DNA from: an uncultured archaeon
GTDB taxonomy: Archaea > Asgardarchaeota > Lokiarchaeia > Sigyniarchaeales > SOKP01
Assembly: GCA_964486045.1 (NCBI GenBank)
Contig: CAZALK010000001.1
Location: forward strand, 840,242-904,241
Reading direction: 5' to 3'
DNA: 64,000 nucleotides
In this document: piece by piece, positions 10,358-20,938 of the stretch
Layout of the letters: each line of letters opens with the position of its first letter
Position numbering within the stretch: position 1 is the first letter of the stretch
The notes under the pieces: model-generated
Databases searched by the model: none
Seen by the model: only the letters and a program-made list of their open reading frames with translations
What the model was told of the DNA's origin: nothing
Position numbers and translations under genes: made by a program

Positions 10358-11278
10358 TTAAAACGTTTTTATAAATAAATCTTCAAGAGACATTTCGATT
10401 TCTTTTATTTTCATAATCTCATAATTACTTAATATGCTGAGAAGATCCTTGTAATAGGTTCTTTCTTTTAGACAGACGAGAATACCATTTTTTTGCTGTT
10501 CGGTGATATCTGTTATAAAATCATGACTATGTAATTCAGAAAGTAGCTCTTGTTTTTTGCGAGCTAGGGAGATCTCAACTTTTATCTCGGAACCCGATAA
10601 CCTTTTAATCTCTTCTTGAGTCCCTATTTTAAGAATTTTTCCTTCATTGATGAATGCAATTCTGTTGCACAATTTCTCAACCACAGATAAATTATGGCTC
10701 GTGAAGATGATGGTGCTCTCGACGTGTTTGATGATGTCAATAAACAGATTAACTGTTTTTACATCCAGTCCCAGCGTAGGTTCATCAAGAAATAAGATAT
10801 CGCGTTCTAATAATAACGTTCGAGCTAAGGCGAGTTTCATTTTCATTCCGCTAGAGAGAGTTTCCGCATATTGGCCAAGCCAATCTTCGATTCCGAATAT
10901 TTTTGCCATATTAATGATTTTTTCTTGATAATTAGGTACTTTATATAATTTACAAAAGAATTTTAAATTATCATAAGCTGTTATCCTGTAATAGAGCATT
11001 TCGCTTTCTAACATTAAAGCAACCTTTGACTTGACTTTTTTAGCATTTTTCAAGAGATGATAACCGTCTACAAGTGCGTAGCCGCTGGTTGGATGGAGTA
11101 ATGTGGTTAATATTTGGATTAGTGTTGTCTTTCCTGCGCCATTCGGTCCTAAAAGACCAAAAATCTCACCTTTTTTAATGGAAATATTAACATTATCTAA
11201 TGCATTTACATGAATGTCTTTTCCTTTTAGATGGTAGATTTTTGATAAACCAAATGTTTCAATTATATTATCTGTCAA
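10358..11278 (-). CDS. ABC transporter ATP-binding protein (DrrA/NodI-like)
   Basis: GPNGAGKTT Walker A, LSSGM signature, FLDEPT Walker B, SH switch. Confidence 0.92.
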   Translation of the reverse strand: MTDNIIETFGLSKIYHLKGKDIHVNALDNVNISIKKGEIFGLLGPNGAGKTTLIQILTTLLHPTSGYALVDGYHLLKNAKKVKSKVALMLESEMLYYRITAYDNLKFFCKLYKVPNYQEKIINMAKIFGIEDWLGQYAETLSSGMKMKLALARTLLLERDILFLDEPTLGLDVKTVNLFIDIIKHVESTIIFTSHNLSVVEKLCNRIAFINEGKILKIGTQEEIKRLSGSEIKVEISLARKKQELLSELHSHDFITDITEQQKNGILVCLKERTYYKDLLSILSNYEIMKIKEIEMSLEDLFIKTF

Positions 11279-11296
11279 TTATTAATTACACCTGTT

Positions 11297-12154
11297 TTAA
11301 TATCCTACAATTCCAAACTTATCATAAACTTTATTAAAAACATATATGCTGATTATTGGGACAAATATCGCCATTCCTATTAAAATAGTAAACTGAAAAG
11401 GATGAGTTGTTATCGTTAGTAATATATTATTTTCGAGCCACGTAATTCTAAGAATATCGAAGATATAGTAAAAAGGATTTAATAGTATTATTGGTTGTAA
11501 AACCTCTGGGAATACTTCGAATGGATACGTTATACAACTAATATAAAAAACAAGTTGAAGACCGATAGAAAAGATACGCCAATAATTTTCTTCAGAAATA
11601 GCAAATACAGATAAAAAGAGTCCAATTCCGCTAAAAATTAAGTCTATTAGGAGATAAATAAAAATAATAAAAATGATGGTAATTGGGGCAATTGGTGATA
11701 TTAAATAGGTTAGCAGAAGGAATACCACAAATGGTATAGCTATAATAATTAGATGAGATAAAAAAATGCCAAGAAGAAGATGGATTTTGTTAAATGGGGC
11801 AATCATCAGTGCGGGTAATGTTTTCCAAAATTTTTCTTGACGAAATTCAATGGGGAAATTCGAAACTATTCTTCGAAGTAATTCAATATTAAATGCTGTA
11901 AAAAGGAAGATGAGATAGTTCGTATCATCCCACAGCCCGAGTGTAATACCCGAAGTAAAAAACCTCATTAAAACAATGATGGACATAATAATCGGCAAAA
12001 AAGGGAAAATAATGGAGTATATAAGGTTAAATTTAAATCTAAGCTGAACTTTAACATTTTTTTCCGCGATTGTGAAAATACGTGAAAAATTATATCTTAT
12101 GAAATCAAAACTGAGGATCTTTTTTATCTTAATTATTCTTTTACCCATCAACAA
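11297..12154 (-). CDS. ABC-2 type transporter permease
   Basis: About 6 TM helices, YP..V.P..LQ.I..LNPFYY motif, adjacent to the ATPase gene. Confidence 0.85.
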   Translation of the reverse strand: MLMGKRIIKIKKILSFDFIRYNFSRIFTIAEKNVKVQLRFKFNLIYSIIFPFLPIIMSIIVLMRFFTSGITLGLWDDTNYLIFLFTAFNIELLRRIVSNFPIEFRQEKFWKTLPALMIAPFNKIHLLLGIFLSHLIIIAIPFVVFLLLTYLISPIAPITIIFIIFIYLLIDLIFSGIGLFLSVFAISEENYWRIFSIGLQLVFYISCITYPFEVFPEVLQPIILLNPFYYIFDILRITWLENNILLTITTHPFQFTILIGMAIFVPIISIYVFNKVYDKFGIVGY

Positions 12155-12645
12155 ATCATAGTTAATAATATAAAATGAAATTAAAGATTTCTTATCCCTA
12201 TATCGATACTGAAAAATACAATATTAAAAGGTATAATCCAGAAAATTTCATTATCATTTATGACTTCAATGGATATATTATGCAAGAAAAAAACTAAAAT
12301 GAAGAAGGACATATTAAATTATAAGGATTAAGCAAAAAATACTAAAGATTAATAAATATAAGCTTAATATATTTAAAATAGAAACAAGTATTATTTTGGA
12401 CGAATAAGGGGTATTTAACAAATAGTTTCTTCCCGAAAATATGTTATTTTCAGTACTGCGGTTTTATAAGGGAGGAATCATGAAAATTATATTACAATCC
12501 TATTAGAAATAAATTAATGAATTTCATAATCGATTCTAATGCCAAATGAGAGAATATATTTTTTAAAGAAACTTTTTTAGTCAAAATATCTATTGATTAA
12601 TTAAAAAAACTTATATAAAGAATCATAAATGGGATTATTGTAGTT

Positions 12646-13416
12646 ATGAAAGTTGTTATTTTGGCGGGTGGATGGGGTACAAGATTAGGGCAATTAAGTG
12701 AAATTATACCGAAGCCTATGGTGAATATCGGGAACAAGCCAATACTATGGCATATAATGAAGATTTACTCTACATATGGATATAATAAATTCGTTATTTG
12801 TTTGGGTGTGAAAGGTGACATCATTAAAGATTATTTTTTTCACTATGAAAAGAACAATGATTTTACCATAAACCTTTCTAATGGGAGTATTGAATATCAC
12901 AAAAATCACGAGGAAATTAATTGGGAAGTAACTTTAATTGATACAGGTATAAATACCTTAAAGGGAGGAAGAATTAAGAGAGTTGAAAAATATTTAGATC
13001 CAGATACTAATATGTTAACATACGGGGATGGTGTTGCTGAAATTAATATCCCTGAGCTAATTAAATTTCATAAGAGCCATGGGAAAATTATAACTGTAAC
13101 TGGTGTTCACACACCCTCTCGATTTGGAGAGATAATTGAAGAATCAGGAAAAGTCTTGTCTTTTCAGGAAAAACCTCAAACATCAGTCGGTTTAATTAAC
13201 GGAGGTTTCATGGTTTTTAATAATGAATTATTAGATTATTTAACTCCAGAGGAAAGTTGTGATTTTGAAAGAGGTGCTCTTGAACAATTAGCAAAGGAGG
13301 GAGAAGTCGTGGTATATAAACATAAAGGAGAATGGGAATGTATGGATCATCAAAGAGATGCAATATATCTGAATAAATTATGGAATAATAATCAAGCATT
13401 TTGGAAGATATGGTAA
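12646..13416 (+). CDS. rfbF: Glucose-1-phosphate cytidylyltransferase
   Basis: LAGGWGTRL..PKPMVNIG..PILWHIMK, TYGDGV, INGGFMV. Confidence 0.93.
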   Translation: MKVVILAGGWGTRLGQLSEIIPKPMVNIGNKPILWHIMKIYSTYGYNKFVICLGVKGDIIKDYFFHYEKNNDFTINLSNGSIEYHKNHEEINWEVTLIDTGINTLKGGRIKRVEKYLDPDTNMLTYGDGVAEINIPELIKFHKSHGKIITVTGVHTPSRFGEIIEESGKVLSFQEKPQTSVGLINGGFMVFNNELLDYLTPEESCDFERGALEQLAKEGEVVVYKHKGEWECMDHQRDAIYLNKLWNNNQAFWKIW

Positions 13417-14495
13417 TAGAAAAATTATTTGAAGATTTTTTCAAAGGAAAAACAATACTCATTACTGGACATACTGGATTCATGGGTTCATGGTTATCGA
13501 TCTGGTTAAAGGAGCTTGGAGCTGAAATAATTGGGTATGCCCTACCTCCTTATACAAAAGAAGATAATTATGTAGTTACAAAATTAGATGAAAAAATAAC
13601 AAGTATTATCGGGGATGTTCGTGATTTTGAAAATTTAAAATCGGTCTTTAATAAATATAAACCAGAGATTATATTTCATCTTGCAGCACAATCTCTTGTG
13701 AGGAAATCCTATGGAGTTCCGAAAGAAACTTTTGATATCAATGTGGGAGGGACTGTAAACATTTTTGAATCTTTTAGATTGGAAGAGAAATGCAAGATTT
13801 TAATAAACATAACGACAGATAAGTGCTATGAAAATAAAGAATCAATTGAGGGATATTCTGAAGAAGATAGATTGGGAGGTTATGATCCTTATAGTTCGAG
13901 TAAAGCATCGTCAGAATTGGTGACGAGTGCTTACAAGAATTCTTATTTTAATGATTTTTCATCAAAAAATTTAAAAATTGTTTCTTCTCTTAGGAGTGGG
14001 AATATTATAGGGGGTGGAGATTGGCGGGAAGATCGTCTAATACCAGATTGTATAAGAGCGATAAAAAACAATGTACCAATAATAATAAGAAATCCAAATG
14101 CTATTAGACCATGGCAATTAGTTCTAGAACCTCTTCGAGGATATTTAATGCTCGCTAAAAAGATGTGGGAAGGTGATGGAAAATTTTCTGGGGCTTGGAA
14201 TTTTGGGTCAGATCCAGACTACTTATTTTCTGTTGAAGATATTGTTAAAAAAGTCATTAAATTTACTGGAAAAGGTAGTTATAGCATTCAATCTAAAGAA
14301 AATTCTGATACCTTACATGAGACTGAATTTTTAGTACTAAACTGTAAAAAATCAAATGACATTTTGGGATGGAATTCTGTGTTAAATATTGATGAAACCA
14401 TAGATTTTATATGCGAATGGTATTTTGGAAAGAAAGTTGATTATGATTTTGACGTAAATCAAATAAAAAAATATATCTCAAAGGTTAATAATTAA
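13401..14495 (+). CDS. rfbG: CDP-glucose 4,6-dehydratase
   Basis: TGHTGFMGSWL, TTDKCYEN, GGYDPYSSSK, GGGDW..DRLIPD. Likely start is the ATG at 13410. Confidence 0.93.
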   Translation: MEDMVIEKLFEDFFKGKTILITGHTGFMGSWLSIWLKELGAEIIGYALPPYTKEDNYVVTKLDEKITSIIGDVRDFENLKSVFNKYKPEIIFHLAAQSLVRKSYGVPKETFDINVGGTVNIFESFRLEEKCKILINITTDKCYENKESIEGYSEEDRLGGYDPYSSSKASSELVTSAYKNSYFNDFSSKNLKIVSSLRSGNIIGGGDWREDRLIPDCIRAIKNNVPIIIRNPNAIRPWQLVLEPLRGYLMLAKKMWEGDGKFSGAWNFGSDPDYLFSVEDIVKKVIKFTGKGSYSIQSKENSDTLHETEFLVLNCKKSNDILGWNSVLNIDETIDFICEWYFGKKVDYDFDVNQIKKYISKVNN

Positions 14496-14511
14496 TCCTA
14501 ACTAAAGCATT

Positions 14512-15063
14512 ATGAAATTTAACCCTACAGACCTAGAAGGATTGTACATCATCCAGTCCGAACCATTTGAAGATAATCGTGGAAATTTTTATAGATTTTA
14601 TTGCCAAAATGAGTTTAAAGAAATAAGTCATCATAAAAACATAGTACAAATAAATTTTTCATTGACAAAAAAAAAAGGATCAATTAGGGGAATGCATTTT
14701 CAATATCCTCCTAAAGCTGAGATTAAGCTAGTAAAGTGCGTTGTTGGAAAAATTTTCGACGTAGTTGTAGATCTTAGAAGAAATTCACCAACATTTCTAA
14801 AGTGGTATAGTGAAATTTTAAGTTCTGATAATATGAAAACCATTTATATCCCAGAAGGTTTTGCTCATGGATTTCAAACCTTAATAGATAATTGTGAAGT
14901 CTTATACTTACATTCTGAATTTTACAGCTCTAAACATGAAAGTGGAGTAAGATATAATGATCCTAAAATAAAAATAAAGTGGCCACTTCCACTTACAGAA
15001 ATTTCGCAAAGAGACGAAGCACATAAATTAATAGATGAAAATTTCACTGGTATAGCTTTATAG
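14512..15063 (+). CDS. rfbC: NDP-4-keto-6-deoxyhexose 3,5-epimerase (RmlC family)
   Basis: DNRG, RGMHFQ, DVVVDLR..SPTF, IPEGFAHGFQTL. Confidence 0.9.
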   Translation: MKFNPTDLEGLYIIQSEPFEDNRGNFYRFYCQNEFKEISHHKNIVQINFSLTKKKGSIRGMHFQYPPKAEIKLVKCVVGKIFDVVVDLRRNSPTFLKWYSEILSSDNMKTIYIPEGFAHGFQTLIDNCEVLYLHSEFYSSKHESGVRYNDPKIKIKWPLPLTEISQRDEAHKLIDENFTGIAL

Positions 15064-15116
15064 ATTTTTAAAAATTATATTGTAACGATAAACATAATGG
15101 AAAAATAATAAAAATA

Positions 15117-15977
15117 ATGAGTATTATAGTAATAGGCGCTTCCGGTTTAATTGGAAACACTTTATGTCAATTACTTAAGAATCAAGATGTAATCGCAGTG
15201 GACATTAATCCTCGTAATGATAACATTATAAAACTCGATATGACTTCTATTAGTGATTTAAACTCACATTTTAAAGAATTTAATCCCAAAATTGTTTATT
15301 TACCAGCATTTATTACTGGTGTAGATCAATGTGAACTCGATGAGGAACTCAATAAGATTAATTATTCAGGAATAAGTAATGTTGTTGAAATATGTAAAAA
15401 ACACAATTGTAAACTGCTTTTTTATTCGTCAGACTACGTATTTGATGGAAAAAATGGACCCTATTTAGAGACAGATAAACCAAATCCTATTAATAAGTAC
15501 GGTAAAACTAAATTATTATGTGAGAAGAAGATCCAAGATTTGGACGATTACTTAATAATACGGACCACAGTAGTTTATGGTTACGATGAAAATTCCCTTA
15601 ATTTTTTGATGACCTTTACGAGAGATTTAATGAACGGTAAAGTAAGAAGAGTTCCTCAAGACCAGATCGGTTCCCCAACACTTGTCGAAGATTTGGCAAA
15701 AATATCAATTAAATTGGTGGATAACAATAAAAAAGGTATATATAATATTGTGGGTCCAGACCTATGTTCAAGATACATCTTTGCTTTAAAAATAGCTCGA
15801 ATTTTTGGACTAGATGAAAAATTAGCTATTCCAGTTAATACATCAGAATTTAAACAGCCAGCTAAAAGACCGTTGAGAGCAGGATTAATTATTGATAAAA
15901 TTAGGAAAGATATTGATGCTAATCCTTCAGGAATTGATAAATCACTAAAAAAGTTGAAAAATTATTTTATTAAATAA
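15117..15977 (+). CDS. NDP-4-keto-sugar reductase (RmlD/RfbD family SDR)
   Basis: GASGLIG, SSDYVFDG, P.N.YGKTK, DQIGSPT, AKRP. Confidence 0.88.
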   Translation: MSIIVIGASGLIGNTLCQLLKNQDVIAVDINPRNDNIIKLDMTSISDLNSHFKEFNPKIVYLPAFITGVDQCELDEELNKINYSGISNVVEICKKHNCKLLFYSSDYVFDGKNGPYLETDKPNPINKYGKTKLLCEKKIQDLDDYLIIRTTVVYGYDENSLNFLMTFTRDLMNGKVRRVPQDQIGSPTLVEDLAKISIKLVDNNKKGIYNIVGPDLCSRYIFALKIARIFGLDEKLAIPVNTSEFKQPAKRPLRAGLIIDKIRKDIDANPSGIDKSLKKLKNYFIK

Positions 15978-16021
15978 TTATAGAACTTAAATTCTATATT
16001 TTAAATTTAGGTGTGAATTAG

Positions 16022-17359
16022 ATGGGCAATGAAAATGAAATTGACCAAATAAAAAATGAGATTCTTAATAATGTAAAATTGTATTATGCAAAAAAATTTC
16101 AAAAAGATGAAAAATTCATTCCAGGTGAAACTCGAATAAATTATGCTGGAAGAGTCTTTGACGAGAAAGAACTTGTAAATTTAATTGAATCTTCTTTAGA
16201 TTTTTGGCTTACAGAAGGAAGATTTACTCGTCAGTTTGAAAAAGATTTAGCAAATTTCCTTGGCATGAAATATTGTCTATTTACAACTTCAGGTTCCTCT
16301 GCTAATTTATTAGCAACTATGGCGCTCACATCTCAAAAATTAGATAATACACGAAGAGTAAAACCAGGCGATGAGATCATTACAGTTTCCGCTGGTTTTC
16401 CCACTACGATATTTCCAATTATTCAAGCAAGAGCCGTTCCAGTATTTGTTGATATTGAATTAGATACATGTAATATTGAAACGAAAGAATTAGATAATGC
16501 TCTTTCAAACAAAACTAAAGCAATTATATTAGCTCACACTCTTGGAAACCCATTTGATATTAATAAAGTAAAAAATTTTTGTGATAAAAACAAGCTCTGG
16601 TTAATTGAAGATAATTGTGATGCTTTAGGATCTAAGTATAATAATAAATATACAGGTACATTCGGTGATATTTCTACTTATTCTTTTTATCCAGCTCATC
16701 ATATTACTATGGGGGAGGGAGGTGCTTTGATTACTAATGATTCAATATTACATAAAATCATCAAATCATTAAGAGAATGGGGGAGAGATTGCTGGTGTGA
16801 TCCTGGAACAGATAATACTTGTAATAAACGATTTGATTGGCATTTAGGAACACTTCCATATGGATATGATCATAAATTTACATATTCAGAATTTGGATAT
16901 AATCTAAAAATTACCGATATGCAAGCTGCAATTGGTTTGGCACAACTTAGAAAATTACCTCAATTTATAAAGGCTCGAAAAGATAATCATAAAAGATTAT
17001 TTGAAGGATTGAACCATTTAAAAGATAAGTTATTGCTTCCAAAAAGTCAACCAAAATCAGACCCTAGCTGGTTTGGATTTTTACTGACCTTAAAAGATGG
17101 TAATCAATTATCCCGTACAGAAATTATGAAAAAGTTAGAAGATAAAAAAATCCAGTCAAGAATACTATTTGCTGGTAATATAATTCGGCAACCTGTATTT
17201 AATAATATGCGAGAATCTAAGAAAGGTTTTAAAGTAGTTGGAGATTTAATTAATACTGATAAGGTAATGAACGATTCTTTTTGGGTCGGAGTGTATCCAG
17301 GGATGACTGATGAAAAAATTGATTATATGATAATGCAAATAAATAAGCTATTTAAGTAA
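16022..17359 (+). CDS. rfbH: CDP-4-keto-6-deoxyglucose 3-dehydrase (E1/DdhC)
   Basis: SFYPAHHITMGEGG (His in place of the PLP Lys) and GRDCWCDPGTDNTC Fe-S motif. Confidence 0.93.
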   Translation: MGNENEIDQIKNEILNNVKLYYAKKFQKDEKFIPGETRINYAGRVFDEKELVNLIESSLDFWLTEGRFTRQFEKDLANFLGMKYCLFTTSGSSANLLATMALTSQKLDNTRRVKPGDEIITVSAGFPTTIFPIIQARAVPVFVDIELDTCNIETKELDNALSNKTKAIILAHTLGNPFDINKVKNFCDKNKLWLIEDNCDALGSKYNNKYTGTFGDISTYSFYPAHHITMGEGGALITNDSILHKIIKSLREWGRDCWCDPGTDNTCNKRFDWHLGTLPYGYDHKFTYSEFGYNLKITDMQAAIGLAQLRKLPQFIKARKDNHKRLFEGLNHLKDKLLLPKSQPKSDPSWFGFLLTLKDGNQLSRTEIMKKLEDKKIQSRILFAGNIIRQPVFNNMRESKKGFKVVGDLINTDKVMNDSFWVGVYPGMTDEKIDYMIMQINKLFK

Positions 17360-17624
17360 ATTGAGTTTTCTAACTATACAATATCGGAATTGATAAGAAC
17401 AGCTATAGTAGTATTAAAGATTATTCTTGAATATCCTTAATTATATCTTCTTATACTTTTGAGAGCTTTACCTCCCTACTTCTAAAAAATACAATTAATG
17501 GAAAAAAAAGTATATAAATAATAATTAGATACATTTAAACTACACGATAGCTATATTTGATATTACTAACTCTTAATTTAGAAAGTACCAAATTTATTTC
17601 ATACAATAAAAGCTATATATCAAA

Positions 17625-18326
17625 ATGCCTATAATTACATCTTTAACTAAAAAATTAAAAATATACGCCCCTATGATTAACCAGATCCTTAATCTTATAA
17701 AAAATCGTAGATTTTTCTCAAAATCAATAAAATCTACCTTTACAAATATATATTTAAGCAGTCATTGGGGTTCTCATGAATCTATATCTGGACCAGGTTC
17801 TACAATAAGCCAAACATATAAAATAAGAGAAATGATACCTGTGCTTCTCGAAAAGTATCGAATAAAAACATTATTAGATATACCTTGCGGAGATTTAAAT
17901 TGGTTAAGCCAAATTGATTTAAGCTCCTTTCAGTACATAGGTGGGGACATAGTTAATGGAATTATTAAAAGAAATAAACTCCATTTTTCTGGAAATAATA
18001 GAACATTTAAAATCATTGATATTACTAAAGATAGACTCCCTAAATCCGATTTACTTTTGTGCAAAGATTGTTTGGTTCATTTTTCGTACCGAAATATCTT
18101 TAAAACACTCCAAAACATAAAAAAAAGTGAAATTCAATATCTTTTAACCACTCACTTTTACGCAAGAAGTTTTAATAGAAATATCTTAACTGGTGGTTGG
18201 CGCCCAATAAATTTAACGAAACACCCGTTTAATTTTCCAAAACCCTTAGAAATGATTATTGAAAAAAATAGGGCTTATTATGACAAAACATTAGCTTTAT
18301 GGAAGATAAATGAATTGAAACTCTAG
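17625..18326 (+). CDS. Class I SAM-dependent methyltransferase
   Basis: SGPGS, LDIPCGD.NW, Y.GGDIV, DLLLCKDCLVH. Confidence 0.8.
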   Translation: MPIITSLTKKLKIYAPMINQILNLIKNRRFFSKSIKSTFTNIYLSSHWGSHESISGPGSTISQTYKIREMIPVLLEKYRIKTLLDIPCGDLNWLSQIDLSSFQYIGGDIVNGIIKRNKLHFSGNNRTFKIIDITKDRLPKSDLLLCKDCLVHFSYRNIFKTLQNIKKSEIQYLLTTHFYARSFNRNILTGGWRPINLTKHPFNFPKPLEMIIEKNRAYYDKTLALWKINELKL

Positions 18327-18348
18327 TATTTTATTATCACGTAATTGA

Positions 18349-18606
18349 TTATTTTAATTCTGCAAAGATCCAATCATCTTCATTTCTGTATAGAATATTA
18401 AAATCAGAGTATATATTTGTTTGAAAATGTGCATCAGTAAATTTTACTTTAAATAACACATATGAAACATTCATAAATTCAATATCTCCTTTGAATTCAA
18501 TGTAATCAGTGGAATTTAAATAATGCGTAGAATTACAATCAAAAGTATAATATATTTTTTCTAAGTTTTCTACTTCTATTAAGGTATACAAGAAGTGAAT
18601 ATATTC
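18349..18606 (-). pseudogene. Orphan 3' fragment of the triplicated membrane-protein family
   Basis: Encodes ..STHYLNSTDYIEFKGDIEFMNVSY..YSDFNILYRNEDDWIFAELK, near identical to the C-termini of the 27661 and 30181 genes. Confidence 0.9.
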
Positions 18607-18887
18607 TCCACCCCCCGATTGGTATGAATAATAAAATTATACTATAGGTATAAAAAATGTAGTATATCATGAGTAAAAAATAAATTAGTTTTTAAAAATG
18701 TAAAGTAATATTTTTATTAAAACGGACTAAACAATTAATTGAGAATCCTAATCTATTCAAACACTTTCTTCTCTATAAATAGATGATGAATAGAGAAATT
18801 TTCAAAACTATTTATTGAAATCTCTATATAGTTTCTATTTCTTAAATTATCTTTTAAAATTACAGGTATAGCCTGGTCATTAATAAT

Positions 18888-20726
18888 TTATTCTATAGTT
18901 TCAAATTCATTCATATACAGAAATAATGTTAAAATTCTAGTAATTACACTGATGTTCTTTTCTTTTTCAATCAACCGTTTAGTATCTTCAATAGAAAAGT
19001 AATCTTTTAGAATATTAGATTTTGAAATTAGTTCGATGGAAAATAATTTTAATTTTGCCATCTTTGGACTCACCAAACGTCTATTACTCCAAATTTTTAT
19101 TAATTTTAGCATAAAACTCGCTAATTTTCTAATTCTAACATTTCGGACTAAATTTTCTGCTATATTATTCAATTTAAGCATGAATTTATTATTCAATTTA
19201 AGCATGAATTTTTTATTCAACCCCAAATTATTATTGAAATAGTTTACAGAACATGTTCTTGGATCAAGCGAAAAAAGGAAATCTCTAAATAATTTTGTGT
19301 GTTTTTTTCTTTCGTCGATAGAATAGGCATATTCAAAGAATTTTTTAGAAAAATATGGAGTAATGATCCAGTAGAATAGTCTAGATCTATCTTCTCCTTC
19401 TCCCGCCCACTTATAATCTTTCTCAAACTTGAAATGCAAATATTTCGAATATACATCCACCTCGCTATAGGAGGATATGTGACTCAACAGATGATTAAAA
19501 ATTACCTTTTTAGAAATTTTTAGAATATTACAAACATTTTTTATGGAATGTCGATATTTATCTGGTGTTGTTATAAGAAAATCTACTAAATCTTTATCTG
19601 AAGAAAGACCTGACGTAATATTTAGATATCTTGTTATCTCTCCTCCATAAAGTCCTGTGTAAAAAGCGATGTTATTGCCTTCTTGTTCATATATCTGTTC
19701 TGAAATATCTACTTGATTCACAAGTTCAATCGGTTGAAAACAATCTTTCATCTTTACGAGTTTTAGATATTTTTCAAAATTCACTTCATTAAATTTTGAT
19801 TTAAAATGAATAAGAGGAATACCAAACTCACTGGCAATTTTTTTCGAGTATATAGACTCATTCTCATTTTTTTTTGATATAGTATAAGTAATTCCATTGG
19901 GGGAAACACCCAACTTTATTAAACCGGCTAAAGTTGCTCTGGAATCAAGACCTCCACTCAATGAAATAATCTGTTTTCTCGATCTTAATTTATTTACCCT
20001 ACTCTCCAAACCTAATAAGAAGTACCGTTTGAGATTTTTAACATAATCCTCCTCCTCGTTAAGGAAGGGGTGTTTGGCTAAAAACTTTGGATAATTTAAT
20101 CGACCATTAATGCTGGCATCAGCATTATAAACTATGAAAGAACTTGGCATTAATCTCGTTATCCTTTCAATCAATGTCCTTTCTCCAAGCACAAAACCAA
20201 ATAATAGATATTCTACAAGAGATTTCTTTTCAAATTTAATTTTATTGACATACGGATAAATGAACTTGATTTCTCGAGAAATAATAATAAAATTATCACC
20301 TTCATACCAGTATAATGGTAATCTTCCTAAAGAATCGTTGAATAAACAAAAAACATTTTTAATTTTATCATAAATAACAATTATAAACTCGCCATCAGCT
20401 ATAAATTGAAATTTTCTTATTTTTTCTTCAAAGTTATTTTTATCTGAAGCAGAATCAAATATTTCATAAAGTAATTCCTTAATTTGTTCATCATCCATAT
20501 TATAAATCATTCCTTCTATCAATATTATAAAAGATTCATCATCAACTATTTCTATAGGATATTCTTTATAGGCAGTTGACCCGATAATAACGTTGGAATT
20601 TTGGAATAATACCCTCGATTTATATGAAGGATAATGTAACATCTTTTTTTGGATATCCTCGAGTTTCTGTGAATCTAACAAAGATTTATTCTTCTTTTGA
20701 GAGAAGATGATATTTATACCGACCAT
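18888..20726 (-). CDS. Asparagine synthase-related protein lacking the N-terminal nucleophile Cys
   Basis: Starts MVGIN rather than MCGI. Has NDSLGRLPLY and the SLSGGLDSR PP-loop. Confidence 0.85.
   Translation of the reverse strand: MVGINIIFSQKKNKSLLDSQKLEDIQKKMLHYPSYKSRVLFQNSNVIIGSTAYKEYPIEIVDDESFIILIEGMIYNMDDEQIKELLYEIFDSASDKNNFEEKIRKFQFIADGEFIIVIYDKIKNVFCLFNDSLGRLPLYWYEGDNFIIISREIKFIYPYVNKIKFEKKSLVEYLLFGFVLGERTLIERITRLMPSSFIVYNADASINGRLNYPKFLAKHPFLNEEEDYVKNLKRYFLLGLESRVNKLRSRKQIISLSGGLDSRATLAGLIKLGVSPNGITYTISKKNENESIYSKKIASEFGIPLIHFKSKFNEVNFEKYLKLVKMKDCFQPIELVNQVDISEQIYEQEGNNIAFYTGLYGGEITRYLNITSGLSSDKDLVDFLITTPDKYRHSIKNVCNILKISKKVIFNHLLSHISSYSEVDVYSKYLHFKFEKDYKWAGEGEDRSRLFYWIITPYFSKKFFEYAYSIDERKKHTKLFRDFLFSLDPRTCSVNYFNNNLGLNKKFMLKLNNKFMLKLNNIAENLVRNVRIRKLASFMLKLIKIWSNRRLVSPKMAKLKLFSIELISKSNILKDYFSIEDTKRLIEKEKNISVITRILTLFLYMNEFETIE
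19165..19220 (-). repeat. 24-bp in-frame tandem duplication (LNKKFMLKLNNKFMLKLNN)
   Basis: ttattcaatttaagcatgaattt at 19165 and 19189, partial unit at 19213. Confidence 0.9.
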
Positions 20727-20938
20727 TAATTTTAAAAATCATTTATATTTTGTATTATTTTCCAAAAACTTGGAAAGAAGTTATCAACCCCAATATTAAA
20801 TTTGAAAATATTCAAAGATTTCTATAAATATTTGGTCATTACAGCATCCAAATCATTCTTTAGACTGATTTTTATCTAAATCTAATTTTAAGAATAATAA
20901 TAGCTAAAATTTATCAGAATTATCTAACGCATATTGAT

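Noticed and set aside
17420-17485. Possible minus-strand remnant resembling a GT4 C-terminus (REVKLSKV*EDIIKDIQE*)
   Set aside because: Too short to support without a search.
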